From positions 1,568,001-1,632,000 of the forward strand of contig OZ250183.1 in assembly GCA_965238225.1 (NCBI GenBank): a stretch of 64,000 nucleotides of DNA. Reading direction: 5' to 3'. The notes under the pieces were generated by a model. That model was not told the origin of the DNA, did no database searches, and saw only the letters and a program-made list of their open reading frames with translations. Shown piece after piece: positions 53,795-64,000 of this stretch. The DNA comes from Gammaproteobacteria bacterium (GTDB lineage Bacteria; Pseudomonadota; Gammaproteobacteria; Eutrophobiales; Eutrophobiaceae). Numbering within the stretch: the stretch's first letter is position 1; the number at the start of each line of letters is the position of its first letter. The translations under genes were made by a program, and so were the position numbers.

Positions 53795-54328
53795 TCATGA
53801 AGACTGCTCATCTCGCACTTTCTTTAGTTCTTCAATTTTACTTCTAAGTTTAAGCGCTTTATTAGCTGTAAAAGAAGTAACGATTACCGCAAACATAGTT
53901 ACAAAGATAGGTGGAGGGGGATTATCTTGAAGCCACTTGACATATTCAAGGATTATTAATATGGCAAAAACTACTGCGCTATATATATAAAACATATATT
54001 TTTCATCAACCAATTGATCTATCGTCTGCTGGATGGATTTTTCAGTTTTTAGCATTTTTCTTAAGTCTTCAATTTTACTTCTAAGTTTAAGCGCTTGATT
54101 GGCTGCAAAAGAAGTAGCGATTATTGCAAACATAGTTACATAAATATGTGGAGGGGGATTATCTTGAAGCCACTTGACATATTCAAGGATTATTAATATG
54201 GCAAAAATTACTGAGCTACAGATATAAAGCGTAAATTTTTTGACAATTAATGTATCTAACATCTCACGGATAGATTGCTCAGATTGCTCAAGCGACTCAG
54301 AATTTGTCGGACTGATTGTTTCATTCAT
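53795..54328 (-). CDS. Membrane protein made of two 79-aa internal repeats
   Basis: FAILIILEYVKWLQDNPPP...ALKLRSKIE twice; DNA repeat offset 237 bp. Confidence 0.75.
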   Translation of the reverse strand: MNETISPTNSESLEQSEQSIREMLDTLIVKKFTLYICSSVIFAILIILEYVKWLQDNPPPHIYVTMFAIIATSFAANQALKLRSKIEDLRKMLKTEKSIQQTIDQLVDEKYMFYIYSAVVFAILIILEYVKWLQDNPPPPIFVTMFAVIVTSFTANKALKLRSKIEELKKVRDEQSS

Positions 54329-54612
54329 GTGCTGAAATCTTCCCTAGCTCAAGGTTTCTAATTAGAGTCCATATTACCCGATTTATTTTGGCTTTTGAAG
54401 GCTTAGTTTTAAAAAAACCAGAATGTCCTAGCGCTACAAATGAAGCTTCGATATCTGTAGATATACCGGTCATCATATTCGTCCAATCTTATTCTAAAGA
54501 ACTCGTCCTAGAAGGAATTATCCAGTCTTTAGCCTTCCGCGCTAATTAAAAAGATTCAAACGGCAAGCCTTTTTCTGTTTGTAAGCGATAGATTTCCCAG
54601 TTGGTTGGCTAT

Positions 54613-55050
54613 CTATTTAAAGTAATCTTTACGCTTTAGATAACTTAAAAATTCATCTTTCAAATCTGAATGTTTAAGTGCATATTCAACGGTTGCCTGA
54701 AGATATCCAATTTTTAAACCTGCAATCGTATTGTTTTCCCGGAAAAGCCAGACTATATACCTCTTCTTTCTTTAATAATGCAGCAATTGCATCTGTCAGT
54801 TGAATTTCTCCGCCAGTATCAGCGCCAATTCTCTCCAATAAATTAAATATTTCTGGAGTCAGGATATAGCGACCAATAACTGCCTTCGTGGAAGGCGCTT
54901 TGCAAAGGCTCTGGCTTTTCTACAATGCCGTTGAGTTTGCCAAGCTCCTGATTTATTTCGTCTGAATCTATAATACCGTATTTGCTTTTGTTTCTGGTAA
55001 AAATCGTGTGCCCAGACCGGCAATTGGAAATATTGCTTTATGAATTCTTT
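54613..55050 (-). pseudogene. galU: UTP--glucose-1-phosphate uridylyltransferase pseudogene with large internal deletion
   Basis: KAIFPIAGLGTRFLPETKA joined directly to KYGII...IVEKP...APS..AVIGRYILTPEIF...GGEIQLTDAI...GYLQATVEYALKH; frameshifts. Confidence 0.85.
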
Positions 55051-55084
55051 ATCCTATTATCTTTTACCTGTAATTGGTATCACA

Positions 55085-56926
55085 TTAATTTACTTCTTCC
55101 TGAACGAAACTTCCCTCAGGAACTATCTTGGAAAATAACCTGCTGATTTCTGCATCGTTAAAATTTGCAACAGCCTCTTCTATTTCTGAAATAAGAGGTT
55201 CCAGATTTTGCCAGTCTATATCAGAATGACTAGCTAAAAGAATTTTAGTATGTTCTGTTTCTTTTCTATCTTCATTTTTATAGAACAACTCTTCATAGAG
55301 TTTTTCTCCAGGCCTTAAACCTATATACTCTATCTTTATATCTTCGTTGGGCTTTTTTCCTGAAAGTTTGATCATCTGTTCAGCCAAGTATAAAATTTTA
55401 ACCGGCTTACCCATATCCAAAACAAAAATTTCTCCGCCATTGCCCATGGCACCAGACTGAAGTATTAGCTGGCAAGCTTCTCGGATCGTCATAAAAAAAC
55501 GGGTGATTTCTGGATCTGTGACAGTTATTGCTCCGCCAGATTTTATCTGGGATCTGAAAAGTGGCACCACACTACCCGCAGAACCCAACACATTACCAAA
55601 ACGCACAGTGATAAATTTCGTTCTATCACGCTGATTCATACATTCACAATACATTTCTGCAATACGCTTGCTTGCTCCAAGGATATTGGCAGGATTAACT
55701 GCTTTATCCGTAGATATAAAAATAAATTTCTCACAATTATATTTGATTGCCAACTCTGCCAGGTTTTTAGTTCCTAATATATTATTCTGCGCCGCGACTC
55801 TTAACTGGGCTTGGAGCAAAGGGACATGCTTATAAGCGGCCGCATGAAACAGGATATCCGGCTTGTGCTTTTTCAGGATTTGCTCGACATTACTCCTGTC
55901 ACATATATCCCCCAACACCGCAAATAAAGGGATATCAGGATACGCCTTACTCACTTCCATCTGTGTAGAGTAAAGATTGAATTCGTTGTGCTCATAGATT
56001 ACTAATCCTGCGGGATTTAATCTGGCTATCTGACGGCATAATTCAGAGCCAATCGATCCACCCCCGCCACTGACCAATACGGTTTTATTGGCAATTCCTT
56101 GCTGAATGATTCCCCAATCAAGTTCAATCTTTTCCCTGCCAAGCAAATCTTCTATAGATACTTCTCTTAATTCATCAAGCGCGACTTGAGAAGAAACCAT
56201 TTCCTGTAATTTCGGTAATGTGTGAATGGAGATATCTGTAGATTCGCAATAACTAACAATTTTCTGCATCTGCTCGTCTGTTGCAGATGGGGCAGCAATC
56301 ACAATATTATTAATATCATAGCGTTTATGTATTGTCGGAATATCTTCAACAGAGCCAATAATCGGTACTCCATGAAGTTCAGAATTCTTAAGAATTTGAT
56401 TGTCATCAATAAACCCTATCGGGTTATAACCCCCTTCACGCAACATCTCACGGACAAGCATTTCACCCGCATAACCTGCACCCACAATAATTACCTTTTG
56501 GTTAGTAGTCCCGGAATGAAATTTAAATAAATGATCTTTCCAAAATCGATAACCCAACCTCGCACCGCCCAACAGAAATATCAGAAAAACAGGATACATG
56601 ATAAGTATTGACCTCGGGATACCTTCTAGTCTGATAGACATAAATAACACCAAGGTAATACACAGCCCGCCAAAAACTGAAGCACGAAAAATATTCCATA
56701 GATCTGACAAACTGGCGAATTGCCACAAACCCCGATAAAGCCTAAAACGATGGGAACAAAACCCTTGAATCAACACTGTTACAGGCAATATATACAGGCT
56801 TAGCTTCCAGTCTGAATGGTTAATAAGCTCAAAATTAAATCTGACAAACCATGACAACTGCCACGCTATTGCTGCCATCAGCAAATCGTGAAATACAATA
56901 ATAATTCTGTTATTTAAAGAGAGCAC
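55085..56926 (-). CDS. Nucleoside-diphosphate sugar epimerase/dehydratase (WbpM/CapD/PglF type)
   Basis: Four N-terminal TM helices, GAGYAG, IEDLLGRE, GGGGSIGSE, HAAAYKHVP, STDKAV, RFGNVLGS. Confidence 0.93.
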   Translation of the reverse strand: MLSLNNRIIIVFHDLLMAAIAWQLSWFVRFNFELINHSDWKLSLYILPVTVLIQGFCSHRFRLYRGLWQFASLSDLWNIFRASVFGGLCITLVLFMSIRLEGIPRSILIMYPVFLIFLLGGARLGYRFWKDHLFKFHSGTTNQKVIIVGAGYAGEMLVREMLREGGYNPIGFIDDNQILKNSELHGVPIIGSVEDIPTIHKRYDINNIVIAAPSATDEQMQKIVSYCESTDISIHTLPKLQEMVSSQVALDELREVSIEDLLGREKIELDWGIIQQGIANKTVLVSGGGGSIGSELCRQIARLNPAGLVIYEHNEFNLYSTQMEVSKAYPDIPLFAVLGDICDRSNVEQILKKHKPDILFHAAAYKHVPLLQAQLRVAAQNNILGTKNLAELAIKYNCEKFIFISTDKAVNPANILGASKRIAEMYCECMNQRDRTKFITVRFGNVLGSAGSVVPLFRSQIKSGGAITVTDPEITRFFMTIREACQLILQSGAMGNGGEIFVLDMGKPVKILYLAEQMIKLSGKKPNEDIKIEYIGLRPGEKLYEELFYKNEDRKETEHTKILLASHSDIDWQNLEPLISEIEEAVANFNDAEISRLFSKIVPEGSFVQEEVN

Positions 56927-57311
56927 GTTCTAATATTCTTTTGAAATATAAAAACCAACAAGCCCAACACAATCTATAAAAAGAATATTCATTCAGACAG
57001 ACTTAAGCGACAGTGATAAAATAATTATTGGTATATAGAAATTAACAAAAGACAGTAAAAAAAATTTATAATATAATATAAAATCTTGTGAAATCTTGAT
57101 AGGCGAGCATAAACTCTGCCTAGTCTTTATCCTAGACCAAATTACGCATTACTTAGAATTGACTACGCGCAACTCTACTGTAAGCACGAGGTTTTAAAGT
57201 AATTAAATCCATTGTAGAATGCTACATGATTAATATCAATGAGCATTGGCGTATCGAGCCGGACGATGAAGGTTAGGGTAGATCGGGTCTTTCAGCTAAA
57301 TAACACATGGG

Positions 57312-57494
57312 CTATAGATTGCGCCTCAATGCAGCAGCAATACCCTCTAATGCAGAAGCAATATTTTTTAATCCTGCGCCATCACTATAACTATCCCCCC
57401 ATTCAGCATTAGCAACAGGAACAACATTTAAGAACAAACCTAATGCAATAGCACCTAGTAGTATCTTTGTTGTTTTATCTAATTTCAATTCCAT
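57312..57494 (-). CDS. Small secreted/membrane hypothetical protein
   Basis: 60-aa ORF with N-terminal hydrophobic helix and purine-rich RBS (aaagggg). Confidence 0.55.
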   Translation of the reverse strand: MELKLDKTTKILLGAIALGLFLNVVPVANAEWGDSYSDGAGLKNIASALEGIAAALRRNL

Positions 57495-57774
57495 ATCATT
57501 CCCCTTTATTTGAATGTTTGCCTAGTCATTTAAGCAGATTTAGAGAGATAAGAGTCCAACATTAGTGAGTTATAAACGCTCATAATCTACTCCGTAAAAT
57601 CTTATTTTAGCATTAACTGTGATATAAATTCCTTATCAAAAATCATGAGTTTTTAGAACGCAACTGTACACCAAATTGTATAACCTAGAGATATTTGTTA
57701 TTTTACTTGTTAGCCTAGATGCTCTGAATGACTTGATATAGCTGATTATTTTGATATATGATGCGGAGAATAAT

Positions 57775-57850
57775 TGGCGTCCCCAAGGGGGTTCGAACCC
57801 CTGTTGCCGCCGTGAAAGGGCGGTGTCCTAGGCCTCTAGACGATGGGGAC
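57775..57850 (-). tRNA. tRNA-Glu(TTC)
   Basis: GTCCCCATCGTCTAGAGGCCTAGGACACCGCCCTTTCACGGCGG...GGGGACGCCA. Confidence 0.96.
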
Positions 57851-57896
57851 AATTCATCTTCGTTTTGATATTGTTATTTGGGTGCGTTTTTTATTC

Positions 57897-57972
57897 TGGT
57901 GGAGCCAGGCGGGATCGAACCGCCGACCTCTACACTGCCAGTGTAGCGCTCTCCCAGCTGAGCTATGGCCCC
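57897..57972 (-). tRNA. tRNA-Ala(GGC)
   Basis: GGGGCCATAGCTCAGCTGGGAGAGCGCTACACTGGCAGTGTAG...TGGCTCCACCA. Confidence 0.96.
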
Positions 57973-57997
57973 TCAATGAAAAGCGCGGGACTCTACG

Positions 57998-59425
57998 TTA
58001 CCCCTCACTTTCTGTCAAGCGTCTGCGAATATACTCCAACGCCAAATCAATGCGCGCCAGCACACGTTTTTTTCCAATCAATCTGAGGGTTATATCTATT
58101 GATGGCGAAACAGATCCGCCGGTAACAGCAACACGTAAAGGCTGAGTAATCTTACCCATTTTTATATCAAATTGAGCAGCAGTATCAACAATAATCTGAT
58201 GTAAATTTTCATCTTGCCACTTACAAAGCACGGCAAAGCTCTCACGAATTTTCTCTAAGGGTTTTAAAATGACAGGTCTTAGATATTTTTTCGCAGAATC
58301 GAAATCGTGGGCATCGAAATCAAGATAAAAATATCGGCTTTGCTCAACAATTTTCAGTAAAGTTTTCGCACGTTCTTTCTGAGCCTCGACAATTTCTATT
58401 AGATCTGGTCCATCACTTATATCAATATCAAGTCGTTTAAAATATTCATCTAATTTATCAGCAAGATAATTATTATTTGCCGTTTTAATATAATGTTGGT
58501 TTAACCAAAGTAATTTTCCCGGGTTCACAGATGCTGAAGATTTATTCACATCTTTAATATCAAAATGCTCAATCATCTCAGCCACACTAAATATTTCTTG
58601 GTCTCCGCGAGACCAACCGAGCCGCACAAGGTAATTCAATAAGGCCTCAGGCAAATATCCATGATCTTTATATTGCAAAATACTAGCTGCGCCATGACGC
58701 TTGGAAAGACGACTTCCATCCTCATCTAATATCAATGGCACATGTGCATAATTTGGTGGCGTAGCACCTAAAGCATTAAAAATATTGATCTGTCTGGGGG
58801 TATTATTCAGATGGTCATCACCTCTAATGACATCAGTGATTTGCATATCCATATCATCAACAACAACCGTAAAATTATAGGTGGGTGTACCGTCTGATCT
58901 GGCAATAATTAAATCATCAAGCTCTTCATTCTTATAAATAACCATTCCCTGAATACGGTCTTCTATTGCAAGCTCCCCTTCCTGTGGGTTTTTAAACCTG
59001 ACTACCGGTTGTACTTTATCTTTATCTGAATAATTACTGTGCCTGCAACGTCCATCATACCTTGGTTTATTGCCACGCGCCATGGCCGCTTCTCTCATAG
59101 CGTTAAGTTCTTCTTTACTGCAATAACAATAGTAGGCTTTATCTTCATCAAGCAATTTTTGGACGACCGCTTTATAACGATCATATCTTTGTGTCTGATA
59201 AAAAGGGTCTTCATCACATTCCAAACCCAACCATTGCATAGCATCCAATATTACTTGCACAGACTCATCTGTTGAACGTGCTTTGTCAGTATCTTCGATA
59301 CGAAGGATAAAACTGCCTTGATGATGACGTGCATATAACCATGAAAAAAGTGCCGTTCTAACACCGCCGATATGGAGATACCCTGTAGGGCTTGGCGCAA
59401 AACGGGTACGAACAGATGCTGCCAT
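57998..59425 (-). CDS. gltX: Glutamate--tRNA ligase
   Basis: VRTRFAPSPTGYLHIGG, LRIEDTD, RLSKR; followed by tRNA-Ala/Glu. Confidence 0.97.
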   Translation of the reverse strand: MAASVRTRFAPSPTGYLHIGGVRTALFSWLYARHHQGSFILRIEDTDKARSTDESVQVILDAMQWLGLECDEDPFYQTQRYDRYKAVVQKLLDEDKAYYCYCSKEELNAMREAAMARGNKPRYDGRCRHSNYSDKDKVQPVVRFKNPQEGELAIEDRIQGMVIYKNEELDDLIIARSDGTPTYNFTVVVDDMDMQITDVIRGDDHLNNTPRQINIFNALGATPPNYAHVPLILDEDGSRLSKRHGAASILQYKDHGYLPEALLNYLVRLGWSRGDQEIFSVAEMIEHFDIKDVNKSSASVNPGKLLWLNQHYIKTANNNYLADKLDEYFKRLDIDISDGPDLIEIVEAQKERAKTLLKIVEQSRYFYLDFDAHDFDSAKKYLRPVILKPLEKIRESFAVLCKWQDENLHQIIVDTAAQFDIKMGKITQPLRVAVTGGSVSPSIDITLRLIGKKRVLARIDLALEYIRRRLTESEG

Positions 59426-59444
59426 ACCATGATTTATGCGCAAA

Positions 59445-60086
59445 TTAACTGGCAAATAGCCAAGGTGCTTGTTGCTTTCTTTTGGTTTCGTAAGCACGAA
59501 TCTCGTTAGCACGAGAAAGTATTATACCGATATCATCCATGCCGTGTAGTAGTCGTTCTTGCAAGTCTTTATCAAGTGCAAAAGAAAGACCATCACCCTC
59601 TGGAGTTGTGATGGATAGATTTTCTAAATCAATCGCCAATGCATAATCAACTGTCGCTGATATTTCAACAAACAATCTATCGACAAAATCAACGCCAAGT
59701 GCAATGGGTAAGAGTCCATTCTTAAATGAATTGCTGTAAAATATATCTGCAAAACTTGGCGCAATAATCACGTTAATTCCATAATCCAAAAAGGCCCAGA
59801 CAGCGTGTTCGCGTGACGATCCACAACCAAAGTTTTCACGGCCAAGTAAAATTTTAGCTGCTTTATAGCGTGGCTGATTTAATACAAATTCAGGGTTCTT
59901 TCGTCTTTTTGAATGATCGTCACCAAGCTCGCCTGCATCAAGATAACGCCATTCATCAAATAAATTCAAACCGAATCCTGTTCGCTTAATTGATTTTAAA
60001 TACTGTTTTGGAATGATGGCATCTGTATCAACATTTGGTCTATCCATCGGCACAACAATCCCGGTAAAATTTTTAAAAGCTTGCAT
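59445..60086 (-). CDS. leuD: 3-isopropylmalate dehydratase small subunit
   Basis: [24 protein letters not shown]. Confidence 0.97.
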   Translation of the reverse strand: MQAFKNFTGIVVPMDRPNVDTDAIIPKQYLKSIKRTGFGLNLFDEWRYLDAGELGDDHSKRRKNPEFVLNQPRYKAAKILLGRENFGCGSSREHAVWAFLDYGINVIIAPSFADIFYSNSFKNGLLPIALGVDFVDRLFVEISATVDYALAIDLENLSITTPEGDGLSFALDKDLQERLLHGMDDIGIILSRANEIRAYETKRKQQAPWLFAS

Positions 60087-60109
60087 AATTTATATATTAT
60101 CTTTGTCTC

Positions 60110-61510
60110 TTAGAACTCACGCACATCAACAAAATGACCAGCAATTGCTGCTGCTGCTGCCATCACAGGGCTAACTAAGTGCGTCCTTCCGCCTTGGCCT
60201 TGGCGACCTTCAAAATTTCTATTTGAGGTAGAGGCACATCTTTCTCTAGGCTCCAGTCTGTCTGCATTCATTCCTAAGCACATAGAACAACCCGGTTCAC
60301 GCCACTCAAATCCAGCACCAATAAATATTTGATCCAAACCTTCTTTCTCTGCTTGCTGTTTCACTAACCCGGATCCAGGAACCACCATGGCTAAAGCCAC
60401 ATTATCTGCAATATGTTTGCCTTTGATTATTTCCGCCGCAGATCGAATATCTTCAATGCGCGAATTCGTACACGAACCAATAAACACCTTGTCTATCTTT
60501 ATATCCTTGATTGCCGTACCGGGCTTCAAATCCATATAGGTTAAGGCATGTTGCATGCCATCTCGGACACTACTATCAGTTTCCGTGACAGGGTCAGGCA
60601 CTTCTCCAGTCACTGGCACAACCATCTCAGGCGATGTTCCCCATGTCACTTGTGGCTGGATATTGGCCGCATCCAGACTGACTACCTTATCAAAATGTGC
60701 ACCCTTATCACTTTCCAAATCCTGCCAAGTTTTAACGGCACGATCCCACATTTCACCTTTTGGAGCAAAAGGTCTGCCTTTGATGTATTCAATTGTCTTA
60801 TCATCAACCGCTATCAAGCCGGCGCGGGCACCGACCTCAATAGCCATATTACAAACCGTCATTCTACCTTCCATAGAAAGTGCGCTAATAGCTTGGCCTG
60901 CGAATTCTATAGTGTGGCCAGTACCGGAAGCTGTGCCAATTTTCCCGATAACAGCCAAAATTATATCTTTGGCAGTCACACCATTTCCCATCTGACCATC
61001 AATAACCACTTGCATATTCTTTGCTTTGCGTAAAAGTAAACATTGTGTTGCCAGTGCATGTTCAACTTCTGAGGTACCGATACCAAATGCCAATGATCCT
61101 AATGCCCCATTAGTTGATGTATGTGAATCACCACAAACAATTGTCATTCCGGGCAAAGAAGCACCTTGTTCAGGTCCTATAACATGAACAATCCCCTGTC
61201 GCGGATCATTCATTTCAAATTTTGTAATACCTGTTTCTTTACAATTTTCATCCAGTGTATCCAGCTGTAACTTTGACACTGGATCATCTATCTTGTCACG
61301 ATGATTGGTTGGCACACTATGATCAGGGACAGCCAAATTGGCATCAATGCGCCAAGGTTTCCGACCATTCATTTTCAATCCTTCAAATGCCTGAGGCGAA
61401 GTAACTTCATGTATGAGGTGTCTATCTATATAGATGAGCGCAGTTCCATTGTCATTATCACAGACGATGTGATCCTCCCATAATTTGTCATATAGCGTTT
61501 TTGCTGTCAT
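60110..61510 (-). CDS. leuC: 3-isopropylmalate dehydratase large subunit
   Basis: [36 protein letters not shown]. Confidence 0.98.
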   Translation of the reverse strand: MTAKTLYDKLWEDHIVCDNDNGTALIYIDRHLIHEVTSPQAFEGLKMNGRKPWRIDANLAVPDHSVPTNHRDKIDDPVSKLQLDTLDENCKETGITKFEMNDPRQGIVHVIGPEQGASLPGMTIVCGDSHTSTNGALGSLAFGIGTSEVEHALATQCLLLRKAKNMQVVIDGQMGNGVTAKDIILAVIGKIGTASGTGHTIEFAGQAISALSMEGRMTVCNMAIEVGARAGLIAVDDKTIEYIKGRPFAPKGEMWDRAVKTWQDLESDKGAHFDKVVSLDAANIQPQVTWGTSPEMVVPVTGEVPDPVTETDSSVRDGMQHALTYMDLKPGTAIKDIKIDKVFIGSCTNSRIEDIRSAAEIIKGKHIADNVALAMVVPGSGLVKQQAEKEGLDQIFIGAGFEWREPGCSMCLGMNADRLEPRERCASTSNRNFEGRQGQGGRTHLVSPVMAAAAAIAGHFVDVREF

Positions 61511-61523
61511 TTAAAATATCTTC

Positions 61524-62516
61524 TTAGTCCGCAATTTTAATAACTGTCCTTCCTGTTGATGTGCCTGCCAATAAACTGGCAAAAACTTCCGGCAGGGAAT
61601 CCAAACCCGTAACTTTAGTGACAATCTTATCTACATGCTGCGGCGCCAAATCTGTTACTAATCGCTTCCATAGCTCGTGGCGTATTTTCATCGGGCAACC
61701 TGATGACATTATCCCCAATAAACTCACGCCACGCAATATAAATGGCATAACCGTTGTATTTAAATGACTGCCTTGCGCCATTCCCACAGAGGCAATATTG
61801 CCCCATGGTCTGGTTGTTCTAATCAGCCATGCCAGTATATCACCCCCGACATTGTCGATTGCACCGCCCCACTTAGCTTTTTCAAGAACCGAGCCCGCCA
61901 GATCAATTTTATTTCTATTTACCACCTCACTCGCGCCCAGCGCCAAGAGTTTATCTTTTTCACTTTCCTTACTGGTGACGGCAACAACTTCATAAGCAAG
62001 ACCTGACAATATATCAATAGCATAGTTACCAACACCGCCAGATGCTCCTGTAACGACAATTGGTCCGTGCTCGGGTTTCTGTAAATTTTCTTCCAGTCTT
62101 TGCACACAAAGTGCAACAGTGAAGCCAGCTGTCCCTATCGACATCGCCTGTAGAGGAGACATATTTGCAGGTAAGGGAATAACCCATTCAGCAGGAACGC
62201 GCGCATACTGAGCAAAACCACCATCATGATTAGTACCAAAATCATATCCGGTCACTAATACCGCATCGCCTTTTTTAAAGGCTTCATTTTCTGATGAAAC
62301 AATATATCCTGCTGCATCGATACCAGCAATCAACGGGAATCTACGCAAAATTTTGCCCGCGCCCGTTGCTGCCAACGCATCTTTATAGTTAACGCTGGAA
62401 TAGGCGACCTTGATGATCACCTCTCCAGGCGAAAGCTCATTTATGTTGGAGTATTTCAGTTTGCCCTGTACTTTCTTACCTTCCTGGTAGATGCGGAAAA
62501 CTTTAAAATCAGTCAT
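61524..62516 (-). CDS. YhdH/AcuI family quinone oxidoreductase (acryloyl-CoA reductase-like)
   Basis: SSVNYKDALA, GTAGFT, TGASGGVG, PFILRGV. Confidence 0.9.
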   Translation of the reverse strand: MTDFKVFRIYQEGKKVQGKLKYSNINELSPGEVIIKVAYSSVNYKDALAATGAGKILRRFPLIAGIDAAGYIVSSENEAFKKGDAVLVTGYDFGTNHDGGFAQYARVPAEWVIPLPANMSPLQAMSIGTAGFTVALCVQRLEENLQKPEHGPIVVTGASGGVGNYAIDILSGLAYEVVAVTSKESEKDKLLALGASEVVNRNKIDLAGSVLEKAKWGGAIDNVGGDILAWLIRTTRPWGNIASVGMAQGSHLNTTVMPFILRGVSLLGIMSSGCPMKIRHELWKRLVTDLAPQHVDKIVTKVTGLDSLPEVFASLLAGTSTGRTVIKIAD

Positions 62517-62691
62517 TTACAAAACCATATATTTACATTTTAAGGCGTGCATGAAACAATTTCACATCTCGCGGTGCAATTACCACAGCGGTTTCTCTTG
62601 ATTCTTCATGGAGATACATAAATCCGCCCATATGGTACGAAAAAATGACGAGTAATCCAACTTCTATAGGTGGTCGAATATAGGTGGTCGA

Positions 62692-63210
62692 ATGAAAAAA
62701 GTTTGTTACGCAATACTATTGATACTATTAAGCGTCCAAACCATCTTTGCAGATCGTAACGATGGTGCCTATGCCTACCTGCAAGGTGACTATGAAACTG
62801 CATATAACGTCATGATTTCATTGGCTAATGTTTCTGATGACAAAATCGCACAATATTATCTAGGTGTGATGTATATGGAAGGACAAGGAGTAAAACAGGA
62901 TTACGAAGAGGCAGGAAAATGGTTGCGCAAGGCATCAAAACAGGGTTTGGCAGCTGCCATGTATAAACTTGCGCATCTCTACACCAAAGGTAAAGGTGTC
63001 CCTAAAGATTTAGAATTTGCGTATGTATGGTACCGCGTTGGTGCTACCTATAATCATCAAAAATCAATCAATATGATTGATGAGGCAAGATCTAAACTTT
63101 CTGACGAAAATCTAGCCTCTGCAAATCAGCTGATTGCTGAATACGTAGAAAAATATGGCTCTAAAGACGAAAATGAAGGGAGGGTAGTAGGCGAAGAGTC
63201 CAAAAAATAA
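62692..63210 (+). CDS. Secreted Sel1-like repeat protein
   Basis: Signal peptide; AQYYLGVMYMEGQGVKQD...; AMYKLAHLY.KG.GVPKD. Confidence 0.9.
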   Translation: MKKVCYAILLILLSVQTIFADRNDGAYAYLQGDYETAYNVMISLANVSDDKIAQYYLGVMYMEGQGVKQDYEEAGKWLRKASKQGLAAAMYKLAHLYTKGKGVPKDLEFAYVWYRVGATYNHQKSINMIDEARSKLSDENLASANQLIAEYVEKYGSKDENEGRVVGEESKK

Positions 63211-63247
63211 TCTGCTAAATGCAAAGCGCGACGGTAAGTAAACTACT

Positions 63248-64000
63248 TTATGGTTCAAGGTCGTCTAGATCTTCATCATCCTCAATATCTTCTTCAAATT
63301 TCTCGAAAGCACTCAATTCATCTTCGGTCAAAACATCTTCGTCAGTAAAGCGTTCTTCTTCGGTAAACTCTTCTTCAAACTCTTCGTCATCGACTGCCAG
63401 ATACTCTTGCAGTTGTTCACGGTAATCCGTGAAATTGTCGAGCTCTTGCTCATAACCCTCGATCAATCCATCCAGTTTTTCTTTTTCGGAATCACTCTTA
63501 GCTTCGTTTAAGAGTTCTCTGAGTTCTTTTAGTTTGATGCCAATTTGTGCAATAAATTCATCTAATTTATCTTCAGAAACATTTGGAGCGCAGCCTTCAA
63601 CCTCCTCGCATTGCCCCAGCGCCAATGCCACGCCCCGCCCAAACACTTCAAACAAGGCGAGATCTTGTTCAAATACGCTGGTATCGATAAATCCTAATTT
63701 TACAGCACCCACCAAATCTACAGATGGGTTCAGTACTCCTACGACTGCAATACTAAACGTACCAAAAAATAAGTTTAGAACATTTTGAAGTCCTGTAGAA
63801 CCTCCTTCCGGACCTCCTGAAACTTGCGAACCTGCACCAAATTTAAGGTCACTAACTGTGCTGCCTATTGCAACTTCAACAACACCGCCATCCAAGGCAA
63901 GTTTTATATTTTCAGCTACATCAATCCTATCGCCTGCAATCAATACCGCTTTTTTGGATTTAAAATCTGTAATGCCAGCAGGACCAGTAATAACGCCAGT
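63248..64000 (-). CDS. 3' end of a large protein with coiled-coil and very acidic tail (runs off window)
   Basis: Frame open to window edge (TGVITGPAGITDFKSKKAVLIAGD...); D/E-rich C-terminus. Confidence 0.75.
   Translation of the reverse strand, partial: TGVITGPAGITDFKSKKAVLIAGDRIDVAENIKLALDGGVVEVAIGSTVSDLKFGAGSQVSGGPEGGSTGLQNVLNLFFGTFSIAVVGVLNPSVDLVGAVKLGFIDTSVFEQDLALFEVFGRGVALALGQCEEVEGCAPNVSEDKLDEFIAQIGIKLKELRELLNEAKSDSEKEKLDGLIEGYEQELDNFTDYREQLQEYLAVDDEEFEEEFTEEERFTDEDVLTEDELSAFEKFEEDIEDDEDLDDLEP

Noticed and set aside
54316-54549. 77-aa + strand ORF
   Set aside because: No motif or RBS; lies in debris between the repeat protein and the galU pseudogene
56927-57120. Possible 3' remnant of a WbpL/WecA-type glycosyltransferase
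   Set aside because: Only a weak LAYQ plus hydrophobic stretch; too degraded to call

Overview
Gammaproteobacterial chromosome segment. A conserved backbone (5' end of mnmG; djlA; fur-like/thiO; fimT-pilVWX-pilE; ispH-lspA-ileS-ribF-murJ-rpsT-proB-obgE-rpmA-rplU-ispB; uvrB; aspartate aminotransferase; gltX-leuD-leuC-acuI-like; five tRNAs) is interrupted by accessory and decaying DNA. Main points: (1) an ~8.2 kb, locally frameshifted gene for a secreted protein of shuffled Ig-like repeats tipped with a GH16 hydrolase that carries a CBM-like insert. It is bracketed by ~260 bp direct repeats, and the upstream repeat carries the orphan C-terminus of a different GH16 allele. (2) Two tandem pilY1 genes with a nearly identical core but mosaic vWA domains and C-termini, moved behind pilE and preceded by a copy of the fimT promoter with 21-bp-spaced LytTR/AlgR-like boxes. 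(3) A solitary integron attC cassette relic. (4) A decayed R-M island after tRNA-Pro, bounded by an IS481 tail and a 22-bp tRNA-Asn fragment. (5) Pseudogene remnants (galU, fieF-like) and many short tandem duplications. All calls come from reading motifs by eye; no searches were run, and some frameshifts may be assembly errors.
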